A DNA stretch of 63,269 nucleotides, counting the filler, from a bacterium (GTDB taxonomy: Bacteria; JBDRGX01): assembly GCA_043817485.1 (NCBI GenBank). It is 5 parts of 5 records of this genome, joined end to end, with 100 filler letters (N's around TTAATTAATTAA, not from the genome) between each part and the next. Parts side by side here need not be neighbours in the genome. Positions count along the whole stretch, not along the records: positions 19,812 to 33,641 come from JBDRGX010000067.1; positions 33,742 to 60,922 come from JBDRGX010000068.1; 3 more parts are not named here. One strand, given 5' to 3'. The position numbers and the translations under genes are program-made. This document shows, in pieces, positions 29,993 through 39,572 of this stretch. Below the pieces are notes generated by a model that saw only the letters and a list, made by a program, of their open reading frames with translations, was not told where the DNA came from and ran no database searches. The stretch's first letter is position 1. Each line of letters opens with the position of its first letter.

Positions 29993-30856
29993 TTGTATAA
30001 AATATTAGAAAAAAAAATATTGGCAAGAGATATAAAACAATTTACAATTAAGGCTCCAGAAGTTGCTACTTATTGCAAGGCTGGACAATTTATTATTTTG
30101 CGAATAAATGAAAAAGGAGAAAGAATTCCATTAACTATTTATGATTTTTTTTTTGAAAAAGGAACAATAGATATTATTTTTCAAGAAGTAGGAAGAACTA
30201 CTTATGAATTAGGAAAAATGGAACAAGGAGAAAGTTTATTAGATTTTGTAGGCCCTTTAGGAGTACCTTTTGAACAAGAAATAGAATTAAATAAAATTAA
30301 AAAAGTAATTTGCGTGGGTGGAGGTTTAGGAGTAGCTCCAATTTATCCTAAAATTAAGTTTTTGAAAGAAAAAGGCGTAGAAGTTATTTCTATTATTGGA
30401 GCAAGATCAAAAAATTTAGTTATATTAGAGCAAGAAGTAAAAAATATAAGTAATGAATTATATGTTTGTACAGATGATGGAACTTATGGAGAAAAAGGAT
30501 TTGTAACACAAGTTTTAAAAAGACTTTTAGACAATGAAGCAAAACCAGATTTAGTTGTTGCAATTGGTCCTATTCCTATGATGAAAGCTTCATCAAAAGT
30601 CACAGAATTATATCAAATTAAAACATTAGTTAGCTTGAATTCTATTATGGTAGATGGAACAGGAATGTGTGGATCTTGTCGTGTTTCAGTTGGTGGAAAA
30701 ACAAAATTTACTTGTAGTGATGGGCCTACATTTGATGGGCATTTAGTAGATTTTGATGAACTTCAAATGCGTCAAGGAAGATTTTTAGAAGAAGAAAAAA
30801 TTGCTTTTGAAAAATATGAAGGGAGATGTGAATGCAAATGCAAATGTCAAATTTAA
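29993..30856 (+). CDS. nfnA: NfnA/SudB flavoprotein subunit
   Basis: GERIPLTI, GGGLGVAP, MVDGTGMCGSCRV..C.DGP. Confidence 0.88.
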   Translation: MYKILEKKILARDIKQFTIKAPEVATYCKAGQFIILRINEKGERIPLTIYDFFFEKGTIDIIFQEVGRTTYELGKMEQGESLLDFVGPLGVPFEQEIELNKIKKVICVGGGLGVAPIYPKIKFLKEKGVEVISIIGARSKNLVILEQEVKNISNELYVCTDDGTYGEKGFVTQVLKRLLDNEAKPDLVVAIGPIPMMKASSKVTELYQIKTLVSLNSIMVDGTGMCGSCRVSVGGKTKFTCSDGPTFDGHLVDFDELQMRQGRFLEEEKIAFEKYEGRCECKCKCQI

Positions 30857-32223
30857 GAGAAATAATGCCTACTCAATCTGCAAAAGAAAGAATAAAAAAT
30901 TTTAATGAAGTTGCTTTAGGGTATACAAAAGAACAAGCAGTTAAAGAAGCAAAAAAATGTATTCAATGCAAAAAACCAAAATGTATAGAAGGTTGTCCTG
31001 TAGAAATAGATATTCCAAATTTTATTGGGCTTATTGCAAAAGAAGATTTTAAAGGAGCAATTCTTAAAATAAAAGAAAAAAATAATTTACCAGCTGTTTG
31101 TGGACGAGTATGTCCTCAAGAATCTCAATGTGAAATACTTTGTCTTCTTGGAAAAAAAGGAGCACCTGTTGCTATTGGTAGATTAGAAAGATTTGTGGCT
31201 GATTTTGAAGAAGAGGAAATTGAAAAAGAAATTTCTTTTTCAGAAATAAAATCTAATAATAAAAAAATTGCTGTTATAGGATCAGGACCCTCGGGATTAA
31301 CTTGTGCTGCAGATTTATCTAAAATGGGTTATTCTGTAACCATATTTGAAGGACTTCATGCTACTGGAGGAGTTTTAAGATATGGGATTCCAGAATTTAG
31401 ATTACCTAAAAGTATTGTTGATAAAGAAATAGATTATATTAAAAAATTAGGTGTTGAAATTAAAGTAAATATGGTAATTGGTTTAACAGGAAAAATTTCA
31501 GATTTATTTAATCAAGGATATGTGGCTGTATTTATTGGAACTGGTGCTGGACTTCCTTATTTTTTAGGAATTTCTGGAGAAAATCTAAATGGTATTTATT
31601 CTGCCAATGAATTTTTAACAAGAACAAATTTAATGTGTGCTTATAAATTTCCAGAATATGCAACTCCTATTAAAGTAGGTAAAAAAGTTGCTGTTGTAGG
31701 AGCTGGAAATGTGGCTATGGATGCTGCAAGATGTGCTTTACGATTAGGAGCATCTGAAGTACATATTGTTTATCGTAGATCTAAACAAGAAATGCCAGCA
31801 AGAATTGAAGAAATAGAACATGCAGAGGAAGAAGGAATTATTTTTGATTTATTAACTAATCCAATGAAAATAATAGGTAATGAAAAAGGATTAGTTTGTG
31901 CTATGGAATGTATTAAAATGGAATTAGGAGAACCAGATTCTTCAGGTAGAAGAAAACCTATTCCTATAAAAGGAAGTGAATTTATAATGGAAATGGATAC
32001 AGTAATTCCAGCTTTAGGACAAGGACCAAATCCACTTCTTTTAAAAGCAACAACAGGATTAGAATTAAATAAATGGGGAAATATTGTAGCTGATGAAAAT
32101 GGAAAAACTTCTTTAAAAGGAGTTTATGCTGGTGGAGATATTGTAACTGGTGCTGCTACAGTTATTTCAGCTATGGGAGCTGGGAAAAAAGCAAGTAAAG
32201 CAATACATGAATATTTACAATAA
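30832..32223 (+). CDS. nfnB: NfnB/SudA (GltD-like) subunit
   Basis: CIQC..C..GCPV, GRVCPQE, GSGPSGL, YGIPEFRLP, GGDIVTGAATV. Confidence 0.88.
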   Translation: MQMQMSNLREIMPTQSAKERIKNFNEVALGYTKEQAVKEAKKCIQCKKPKCIEGCPVEIDIPNFIGLIAKEDFKGAILKIKEKNNLPAVCGRVCPQESQCEILCLLGKKGAPVAIGRLERFVADFEEEEIEKEISFSEIKSNNKKIAVIGSGPSGLTCAADLSKMGYSVTIFEGLHATGGVLRYGIPEFRLPKSIVDKEIDYIKKLGVEIKVNMVIGLTGKISDLFNQGYVAVFIGTGAGLPYFLGISGENLNGIYSANEFLTRTNLMCAYKFPEYATPIKVGKKVAVVGAGNVAMDAARCALRLGASEVHIVYRRSKQEMPARIEEIEHAEEEGIIFDLLTNPMKIIGNEKGLVCAMECIKMELGEPDSSGRRKPIPIKGSEFIMEMDTVIPALGQGPNPLLLKATTGLELNKWGNIVADENGKTSLKGVYAGGDIVTGAATVISAMGAGKKASKAIHEYLQ

Positions 32224-32279
32224 AAATTTTTAAAAAGAGTAGGAACAAATGGCTTGTGTTCCTGTTTGAAGCAGAATAA

Positions 32280-32372
32280 CATCAGAATAAATTGAAAATG
32301 GGAAATGAAAAATTATTGATTTTGGCAATTCAATTTTCAATTTACAATTTGAAATTTTAATTGTTTCGAATT
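32280..32372. repeat. CATCAGAATAAAT-initiated AT-rich repeat
   Basis: Same start and GAAAATG/TTTTCAAT heptamers at 33907-34020 and 38120-38175. Confidence 0.65.
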
Positions 32373-32394
32373 TTTTTTTAAAAAAGGAGCAAAA

Positions 32395-33384
32395 ATGTTT
32401 AAAAAAAGTTTTTTAAGTTATTTTATTTTGTTATGTGCAATAATGAATATAAGTTATGGAGAAATGAAAGTGGTTGATACTATAAATCTTATTTCTGGAG
32501 GAAATAAAGTAAATGGATTAAGACCAAATGCCTTATGTGTATTAGGAAATAAAGTATATGTGGCTAATAGTAAAAGTGATAGTGTTTCGATAATAGATAC
32601 AGCAAATAATAATTCTGTCACAAATATAAAAGTAGGAGATTCTCCAAGTGCCTTATGTGTTTTAGAAAACAGGGTATATGTGGTTAATAGTGGTAGTAAT
32701 AGTGTTTCAATAATAGATACAGCAAATAATAATTCAGTGATAAATATAAATGTTGGAAATGCTCCAATAGCATTATGTGTATTAGGAAACAAAGTATATG
32801 TGGTTAATAGTAATAGTATTTCGATAATAGATACAGTAAATAATAATAAAGTGACAAATATAAGTGTTGGAAATTATCCAACAGCATTATGTGTATTAGG
32901 GACTAAGGTATATGTGGCTAATAGTAATAGTATTTCGATAATAGATACAGCAAATAATAATTCTGTCACAAATATAAGTGTAGGAGATGAACCAATAGCA
33001 TTATGTGTATTAGGTAATAGGGTCTATGTGGCTAATAGTTTGGGTGGAAGTATAAGTATTCTTGGAGATGATGAAACTACGAATATTAATGGACTTTTGA
33101 TAAATTCATCAAACAATAAAAAATTATCCTATCCAAATCCATTCAATCCCGAATGTTATATCCCATTAGAAATAACAAACAACAAATCCCAAAATGTTAA
33201 AATAAAGATATATAACATACTTGGACAAGTTGTTAGAGAAGTAATTAGCAGTAATGCAAATAATTCAATATATTGGGATGGAAGAGATAATTTAGGAAAA
33301 GAAGTCAGCTCGGGAATGTATTTTTATGAAACAATTGTAAATAATAAAACACAAAATTGTAAAAAAATGTTGATGCTGAAATAA
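32395..33384 (+). CDS. Secreted YVTN-type beta-propeller repeat protein with a FlgD-Ig/T9SS type-A-like C-terminal domain
   Basis: Signal peptide; five P.ALCVLG.KVYVAN repeats; YPNPFNP...IYNILGQ...WDGRD...KKMLMLK. Confidence 0.85.
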   Translation: MFKKSFLSYFILLCAIMNISYGEMKVVDTINLISGGNKVNGLRPNALCVLGNKVYVANSKSDSVSIIDTANNNSVTNIKVGDSPSALCVLENRVYVVNSGSNSVSIIDTANNNSVININVGNAPIALCVLGNKVYVVNSNSISIIDTVNNNKVTNISVGNYPTALCVLGTKVYVANSNSISIIDTANNNSVTNISVGDEPIALCVLGNRVYVANSLGGSISILGDDETTNINGLLINSSNNKKLSYPNPFNPECYIPLEITNNKSQNVKIKIYNILGQVVREVISSNANNSIYWDGRDNLGKEVSSGMYFYETIVNNKTQNCKKMLMLK

Positions 33385-33409
33385 AAATAATTTTGTAAGG
33401 GCAATTCAT

Positions 33410-33630
33410 CAGACTGTGTCACAATTATATAATTTTGCTTTATTGAAATATTAATGAGAAATAAATTGCTAAAAAAAATAAAAATGATATAAAAAACGGC
33501 ATTTTCTGATAGAGAAAGAGTAGATTCCTGTATTCACAGGAATGACAATAGAATAATTTTATGTTTTATTTTAAATTTTGCTTATGAAATTTTCAAAAAG
33601 TAATTTTTTTACCAATTGTGACACAGTCTC
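33410..33630. mobile_element. MITE-like element with 16-bp perfect TIR inserted in a REP palindrome
   Basis: AGACTGTGTCACAATT ... AATTGTGACACAGTCT. Flanks gtaagggcaattcAT | ATgaattgccc rebuild a palindrome with an AT duplication. Confidence 0.88.
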
Positions 33631-33641
33631 ATGAATTGCCC

Positions 33642-33741
33642 NNNNNNNNNNNNNNNNNNNNNNNNNNNNNNNNNNNNNNNNNNNNTTAATTAATTAANNN
33701 NNNNNNNNNNNNNNNNNNNNNNNNNNNNNNNNNNNNNNNNN
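33642..33741. other. Artificial contig linker
   Basis: N-run with TTAATTAATTAA. Confidence 0.98.
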
Positions 33742-33882
33742 AGTCTTTATATCAACTAATTTAAGTCTTTATATATACAATTGATAATTAATGGCAAAAC
33801 TATCCCATATATAGTATTTATTGCTAATATTGGCACAACATTGCATACTTCTCATGCCAAATTTCTATTGCGACACAGTCTC
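33742..33882. mobile_element. Right end of a repeated element (second copy)
   Basis: Matches 19812-19952; followed by the REP half gccgttcacccttac. Confidence 0.85.
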
Positions 33883-33906
33883 GCCGTTCACCCTTACCAA
33901 ATGGGA

Positions 33907-34085
33907 CATCAGAATAAATGGAAAATGGGAAATTATTGATTTTGGGTAGTATAGACTTGTTTTCCAATCATTTTTCAATTTTCCATTTTCAATTTAATTT
34001 TCTTTTATTGTTTCGAATTTCGATATTTGTTTTAAATTGAAAATTGAATTTGTTTCTGATTTTGATATTCGGATTTCGTATTTTC
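33907..34085. repeat. CATCAGAATAAAT repeat plus inverted heptamer tract
   Basis: catcagaataaatggaaaatgggaaa...tttcgaatttcgatatttg...gatattcggatttcg. Confidence 0.65.
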
Positions 34086-34194
34086 TTTAGAAGGGGAAGA
34101 AAAGGAGAGAAAATAACATTTTTTTTTACTTTTAAGGAACATAATTATATTAAAAGCAAGAATTTAGAATTTATCACAAAATTCAAAAAAAAAT

Positions 34195-34223
34195 TTGACA
34201 ACAAAGGTGGAAAGTAATAAAAT
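34195..34223 (+). promoter_or_regulatory. Sigma70-type promoter
   Basis: TTGACA-17bp-TAAAAT upstream of lolC/E. Confidence 0.6.
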
Positions 34224-34419
34224 AAAAAAAATATGGCAAAAAAGAGAAATTGGAAATAGAAAAATTAATTTTAGGAAATGATTTTATAAACAAAACAAAA
34301 AAAGAGAAGGTTTTGACATTTCAATTTATAACCAAATCTTGAAGCCATGACAATTGATTTGTAAATACATTTAGTCAGGACAATTAAAAACAAAAATTCA
34401 AATAAATAAGGAGGTTTTT

Positions 34420-35646
34420 TTGTTTTACGAAGGATTTATTGGTTATAGATATTTAAAAGCAAAACATAAAAAAGCTTTTATTTCTATTATTGCTTTTCTT
34501 TCTATGGCTGGGATTAGCATAGGTGTTATGTCTTTAATTATTGTTTTATCTGTAATGAATGGGTTTGAAAATGATTTACGAGAAAAAATGATAGGGTCTC
34601 GTGCTCATGTTGTTATCTCTTCATGGGATAATAAAGGAATTTCTGATTACAAAAATTTGCGACAAAAAATTAAAGAAATAAAAAATGTTAAAGGTTGTGC
34701 TCCTTTTATTTCTGCTCAAGTAATGTTAAAAACAAAAACTAATGTTAAAGGTGCTTTAATTCAGGGAATTGATCCTGTATTTGAAAAAGAAGTATCTAAT
34801 ATTTTTTCTGAAATAAAAATTGGTACTTCTAAATTAAATACAGAAAAAGAATTTCCATCTTTACTTATTGGAACTGAATTGGCTAATGAATTAGAAGTGA
34901 AAATTGGAGATAAAATTACAGTAATTTCTCCAGTTTTTATTCAAACTTCTATTGGTAAAGTTCCTCGAATGAAAGAATTTGAAATTACTGGTATTTTTAA
35001 AACAGGTTATTATGAATATGATTCTAATTTAGTTTATGTTTCTATTAATTCTTGCCAAAATCTTTATAATATGCCAGATGTAGTTACTGGTTTAAGTGTT
35101 AAAATAAATGACATTTTTTCTGCTCCTTCTATGGCGAATTTTATTTGTAAAAAATTGGATTATAAATATTTAACAAGAGATTGGTCAGTAATGAATATAA
35201 ATTTATTTAAAGCTTTGAAAATAGAAAAAATTGTAATGTTTATTATTTTAGCATTAATTGTTTTAGTGGCAGTATTTAATATAGTTAGTACTTTAATTAT
35301 GGTGGTTATGGAAAAAACAAAAGATATTGGAATTTTAAAATCATTAGGATCTACGAATAAAAGCATTATGTCTATTTTTATGATAGAAGGAATAATTATT
35401 GGTTTTATTGGTACTTTTATTGGAAGTGTTTTAGGAATAGTAGGATGTTTTTTAATAAAAGTTTTAAAAATAAATATTCCTGGTGGTGGAGAAGTATATT
35501 ATATTACTTATTTACCCGTTAAAATGGATTTTTCCCAAATTACTTTAATTATAATTTCATCAATTATTCTTACTTTTTTATCTACTATTTATCCATCTAT
35601 GAATGCAGCTAAAATAAATCCTGCACAAACATTAAGATATGAATAA
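34420..35646 (+). CDS. Lipoprotein-releasing ABC permease LolC/E
   Basis: VLSVMNGF, GIF.TG.YEYD, EKTKDIGILKSLG, PAQTLRYE. Confidence 0.92.
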   Translation: MFYEGFIGYRYLKAKHKKAFISIIAFLSMAGISIGVMSLIIVLSVMNGFENDLREKMIGSRAHVVISSWDNKGISDYKNLRQKIKEIKNVKGCAPFISAQVMLKTKTNVKGALIQGIDPVFEKEVSNIFSEIKIGTSKLNTEKEFPSLLIGTELANELEVKIGDKITVISPVFIQTSIGKVPRMKEFEITGIFKTGYYEYDSNLVYVSINSCQNLYNMPDVVTGLSVKINDIFSAPSMANFICKKLDYKYLTRDWSVMNINLFKALKIEKIVMFIILALIVLVAVFNIVSTLIMVVMEKTKDIGILKSLGSTNKSIMSIFMIEGIIIGFIGTFIGSVLGIVGCFLIKVLKINIPGGGEVYYITYLPVKMDFSQITLIIISSIILTFLSTIYPSMNAAKINPAQTLRYE

Positions 35647-35737
35647 GAATTCTTATTGATGATATTTTTTAAATTGTATTAAATTATTTATTAACTAAAT
35701 AGTAGTTTTTTTGATTCAAAAAAAGGAGAAAAAAACA

Positions 35738-36403
35738 ATGATAAAAAATATTTTAATTACTTTTCTTTTTTTAACTTGCTTTTTAAAATTATCTTTTTCT
35801 GTTTCTAATTCTGATAATAAAAAAATTGAAAATTTGTTAAAACAAATAGAAAAAAAAATGGAAGAAGTTAAAAATTTTCAAGCAGAAATTACACAAACTA
35901 TTTATTCCAATATGACAAAAGAAACAGAAGAAACAAAAGGTATCATTTATTTTCAAAGTCCAGATTTGATAAAAATTGATTATTCTATTCCTAGTAAAGA
36001 AATTGTTTTTTTAAATGGAAAAACTTGTTATTTATATATAGAAGAAACTAATCAAGTGTTAAAAAAAATAATTTCTGATGAAGAAAAAAGTCTTTTTAAA
36101 GAACAATTTTTTTTCCCCAATTTTGATAAAATTAAAAAAAATTACAAAATATTTTTTAAAGATAAAAAAGATAAAAAAAACTTTAATTTAGAGATGGTTC
36201 CGTTAAAATCAACAAATTCTTTTTTTGCTAAAATAAAAATGTCAGTTGATAAAAATTCATTTATGCTTACTAAAATAATAATACAAGATTTTTTTGAAAA
36301 TAAAACTACTTTAACTTTAAGTAATTTACAGCCAAATATTGAAATAAGTAAAAATATTTTTGAATGGAAAATACCAGAAGGAGCGTCAGTAATAGAACAA
36401 TGA
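35738..36403 (+). CDS. lolA: Outer-membrane lipoprotein carrier LolA
   Basis: Signal peptide, FQAEITQ, G.IYFQSP..KIDY, F.WKIPEGA; AGGAG RBS. Confidence 0.75.
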   Translation: MIKNILITFLFLTCFLKLSFSVSNSDNKKIENLLKQIEKKMEEVKNFQAEITQTIYSNMTKETEETKGIIYFQSPDLIKIDYSIPSKEIVFLNGKTCYLYIEETNQVLKKIISDEEKSLFKEQFFFPNFDKIKKNYKIFFKDKKDKKNFNLEMVPLKSTNSFFAKIKMSVDKNSFMLTKIIIQDFFENKTTLTLSNLQPNIEISKNIFEWKIPEGASVIEQ

Positions 36404-37229
36404 ATACAAAAATAGCGGTTTTTAAAAGCAAAAAAATTCGAAAAATCATATACAACAATGAATGGTGGTTTTCTGTTGTGGATGTATGTGGAGTGTTAAC
36501 AGATAGCGTTGATGCTGGGGCGTACTGGAGAAAACTGAAGCAAAGACTTCAAGAGGAAGGAAGTGAGGTCGTGACATTTTGTCACGGACTCAAATTAGAA
36601 GCGTTTGATGGTAAAAAATATGAAACAGATTGCGTCAATACCGAAGGAATATTTCGCATAATCCAATCTATCCCTTCACCAAAAGCCGAGCCGTTCAAAC
36701 GGTGGTTAGCAAAGGTTGGTTATGAGCGAGTGCAGGAGATTGAAGACCCTGAGTTGGCAACAAAAAGAACGCGGGCTTTATATAAAGCTAAAGGGTATAG
36801 AGTGATGATTGGATAGAAAAACGAATGCGTGGCATTGCTATTCGTGAAGAGCTTACCGATGAATGGAAAAAGCGTGGCATTGAAGAAAACAAAGAATATG
36901 AAATTCTAACTGCGGAAATATCTAAAGCCGCTTTTGGTCTAACACCGAACCAATACAAAAAACTTAAAGGATTAAAAAGTCAGAATCTTAGGGATCATAT
37001 GACTGACTTGGAACTTATTTTTTCTATGCTTGGCGAAGCGTCTACAACGCAAATTACCAAAGTTGAGAATCCCAGCGGATTTGAAGAAAATCGAAATGTC
37101 TCTTGTCGTGGAGGTAATGTTGCAGGAGTGGCACGGAAAAAATTAGAACAAGAAACCGGTAAAAAAGTAGTAAGCAGGGAAAATTATCTGCAAAAACCAC
37201 AGAATAAAAAGCTAATAGATAAAGAATAG
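36400..37229 (+). pseudogene. BRO-N domain (phage antirepressor-like) protein split by a 2-bp AG duplication at 36799-36800
   Basis: EWWFSVVDV, YWRKLK, IQSIPSPKAEPFKRWLA. Removing AG restores KGYSDDWIEKRMRG. Confidence 0.8.
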
Positions 37230-37279
37230 ACTGGGCAAAAAAAGAAAATTAAATTTTTGGAAAATAAGAATTTTTTGCA

Positions 37280-37600
37280 ATGAAATTGACAAGACAATTT
37301 GATAAACATTTTTCTGAAGTTGTAAATGTTATTCATCAAGCCCGTTACAATGCTATTAAAAGCATAAATGTCGAACTAATAAAATTGCATTGGAGTATTA
37401 CGAATATATCAGCAAAAAAAATGCAGTTGCTGAGTGGGGCGATGCTGTGGGATTGACCAGCTTGCTGATTATATCCAAAGCAACCATTCAGAATTTAAGG
37501 GATTTACGCGTGTCGTGGATTATCGGATAAGGCAGTTTTATGAAACTTACAGGGGCAATAAATTTGTGTCAACAATGTTGACACAAATCAGTTGGTTTAG
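37280..37600 (+). pseudogene. DUF1016/YhcG N-terminal remnant
   Basis: NVELIKLHWSI, EWG..V.DQLA, KGF, RQFYETY, TQISW across several frameshifts; truncated. Confidence 0.75.
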
Positions 37601-37626
37601 TTTTATAAAAACAAAGGAGGATTATT

Positions 37627-38010
37627 ATGGGTATTTTTTATACAAAATGTATAATCGAAAATCATATTGATAGAAAAAAGTCAATTTTGATACCAAAAAT
37701 ACTTGTTGATACAGGAAGTGAATATACTTGGATTTCAAGTGAAATGCTTCATAAAATAGTCGTCGTTCGTGAAAAAAAAGATTTAGTATTTATTATGGCA
37801 AATGGTCAAAAAATAACTAGAAGTGTTGGATTCGCTATCATTAAAATAGAAGAATTTTTTACAATTGATGAAGTTGTATTTGGTGAAAAAGGTGATATGC
37901 TTCTGCTTGGTGCAAGAACTTTAGAAGGTCTTAATTTAACAGTAAATTCTTGCTTAAAAAAACTTGTGGCTGCAGGTCCATTGCCAGTGGCTTATGGAAA
38001 AAGGAAATAA
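37627..38010 (+). CDS. Clan AA (retropepsin-like) aspartyl protease
   Basis: LVDTGSEYTW and LLGARTLEGL motifs; AGGAGG RBS. Confidence 0.8.
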   Translation: MGIFYTKCIIENHIDRKKSILIPKILVDTGSEYTWISSEMLHKIVVVREKKDLVFIMANGQKITRSVGFAIIKIEEFFTIDEVVFGEKGDMLLLGARTLEGLNLTVNSCLKKLVAAGPLPVAYGKRK

Positions 38011-38055
38011 TAAACCATCAATAATTCAGCAGAATAAATGAAAACAAGCAATCTT

Positions 38056-38220
38056 AACCCGAAGGAGTGGCATTATTGTATGTTTCTGTTAATGTAAAAA
38101 AAGGCTGAAGATGTTTGTTCATCAGAATAAATGGAAAATGTAAAATGTAAAATTATAGTAATTTTCAATTTCAATATTTTTACCGATAATTCTAACCCCG
38201 AAGGGGTGGCATTATTGTAG
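38056..38220. repeat. Two REP-like AACCCCGAAGGGGTGGCATTATTGTA copies
   Basis: Direct copies at 38056-38080 and 38194-38220 with a CATCAGAATAAAT repeat between them. Confidence 0.75.
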
Positions 38221-38249
38221 AAGGTGATATTATTATAGCAAATAAAACA

Positions 38250-39572
38250 ATGAATACAAAAATAGGATTTATTAGTTTAGGTTGTCCTAAAAATAGAGTA
38301 GATTCAGAAGTAATGTTAGGAATTTTAAAAGAAAAAGGATTTACAATTACATCAAATGAAAATGAATCTGATATAATAATTATCAATACCTGTTGTTTTA
38401 TTAAAGATGCAGAACAAGAAGCTTTAGATACTATTCAGGAATTTTCTCTTTTAAAACAAAAAGGTATTATAAAAAAACTTATTGTTACGGGTTGTTTAGT
38501 TCAAAGATATAAAAATAAATGTCTTGAAAAATTTCCATTTGTAGATGCTTTTATTGGTACAGGAGAAATTGCTTCTATTGATAAAATTGCTTTTCAAGTA
38601 TTTGAAAAAAAAATAATTAAAGTTAAAGAGCCAAAATATTTATATAATCATACTACTCCTTTAATAAAAACTACTCCTTTTTATACAAGTTATGTAAAAA
38701 TAGCTGATGGATGTGATAATAGATGTAGTTATTGTTTAATTCCTTTTGTAAGGGGCTCTTATAGAAGTAGAAAAATAAATTCTATTGTAAAAGAAGTTGA
38801 AAAATTAAAATTTTCAAAAGAAATAATTTTAGTTTCTCAAGATACTACAAATTATGGAAAGGATATTTATGGTAAAAATAAGTTAGTTTCTCTTTTGAAA
38901 AATCTTAGTAAAATTTCTCATGTTGAATGGATTCGGTTAATGTACACTTATCCTGGACATTATACTGAAGAATTTATAAAATATATTTCTGAAAATTCTA
39001 AAATTTGTCGTTATTTAGATATTCCTATTCAACATATTAGTTCTCGAATTTTAAAAAAAATGAATAGAAAACAAGATAAAAAATTTATTACAAATTTATT
39101 ATTAAAATTAAAAGAAAAAATTCCAAACATTTCCTTAAGAACTTCTATTTTAGTAGGTTTTCCAAGTGAAACAGAAAAAGATTTTGAAGAATTAGTAAAT
39201 TTTATTCAAAAAATTAAGTTTAATAAATTAGGGGTTTTTACTTATTCTAATGAAAAAGAAACACCTTCTTCAAAAATAAAAAATCAAATTTCAGAAAAAG
39301 TAAAATTAGAAAGAAAAGATATTTTAATGAAAATACAGCAAAAAATTTCTTTTGAAAAAAATCAAGAAATTGTTGGAAAGAAAATAAAAGTTTTAATAGA
39401 AGGAAAAAAATCGCAATCTCTTTTTATTGGAAGATCTGAATATGATGCTCCTGAAATTGATGGAGTAGTTTATGTGAAACCAAATAAAAAAAATGAACCT
39501 CAAATTGGAGAAATGGTTGTAGTTAAAATAACAAAAGGAGATGAATACGATCTTTATGGAAAAATTTCGTAA
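38250..39572 (+). CDS. rimO: Ribosomal protein S12 methylthiotransferase
   Basis: SLGCPKNRVDSE, CDNRCSYC, DAPEIDG. Confidence 0.95.
   Translation: MNTKIGFISLGCPKNRVDSEVMLGILKEKGFTITSNENESDIIIINTCCFIKDAEQEALDTIQEFSLLKQKGIIKKLIVTGCLVQRYKNKCLEKFPFVDAFIGTGEIASIDKIAFQVFEKKIIKVKEPKYLYNHTTPLIKTTPFYTSYVKIADGCDNRCSYCLIPFVRGSYRSRKINSIVKEVEKLKFSKEIILVSQDTTNYGKDIYGKNKLVSLLKNLSKISHVEWIRLMYTYPGHYTEEFIKYISENSKICRYLDIPIQHISSRILKKMNRKQDKKFITNLLLKLKEKIPNISLRTSILVGFPSETEKDFEELVNFIQKIKFNKLGVFTYSNEKETPSSKIKNQISEKVKLERKDILMKIQQKISFEKNQEIVGKKIKVLIEGKKSQSLFIGRSEYDAPEIDGVVYVKPNKKNEPQIGEMVVVKITKGDEYDLYGKIS

Noticed and set aside
32530-33060. DGR template/variable repeats
   Set aside because: Repeats are in-frame tandem protein blades, differences are not adenine-specific, and no reverse transcriptase is present.
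33830-33846. TTGGCAC...TTGCA as a sigma-54 promoter
   Set aside because: GG-to-GC spacing is 9 nt rather than the required 10, and the other copy has TTGTA.
36400-37229. Prophage, based on the BRO-N antirepressor-like gene
   Set aside because: No structural, replication or integrase phage genes nearby.
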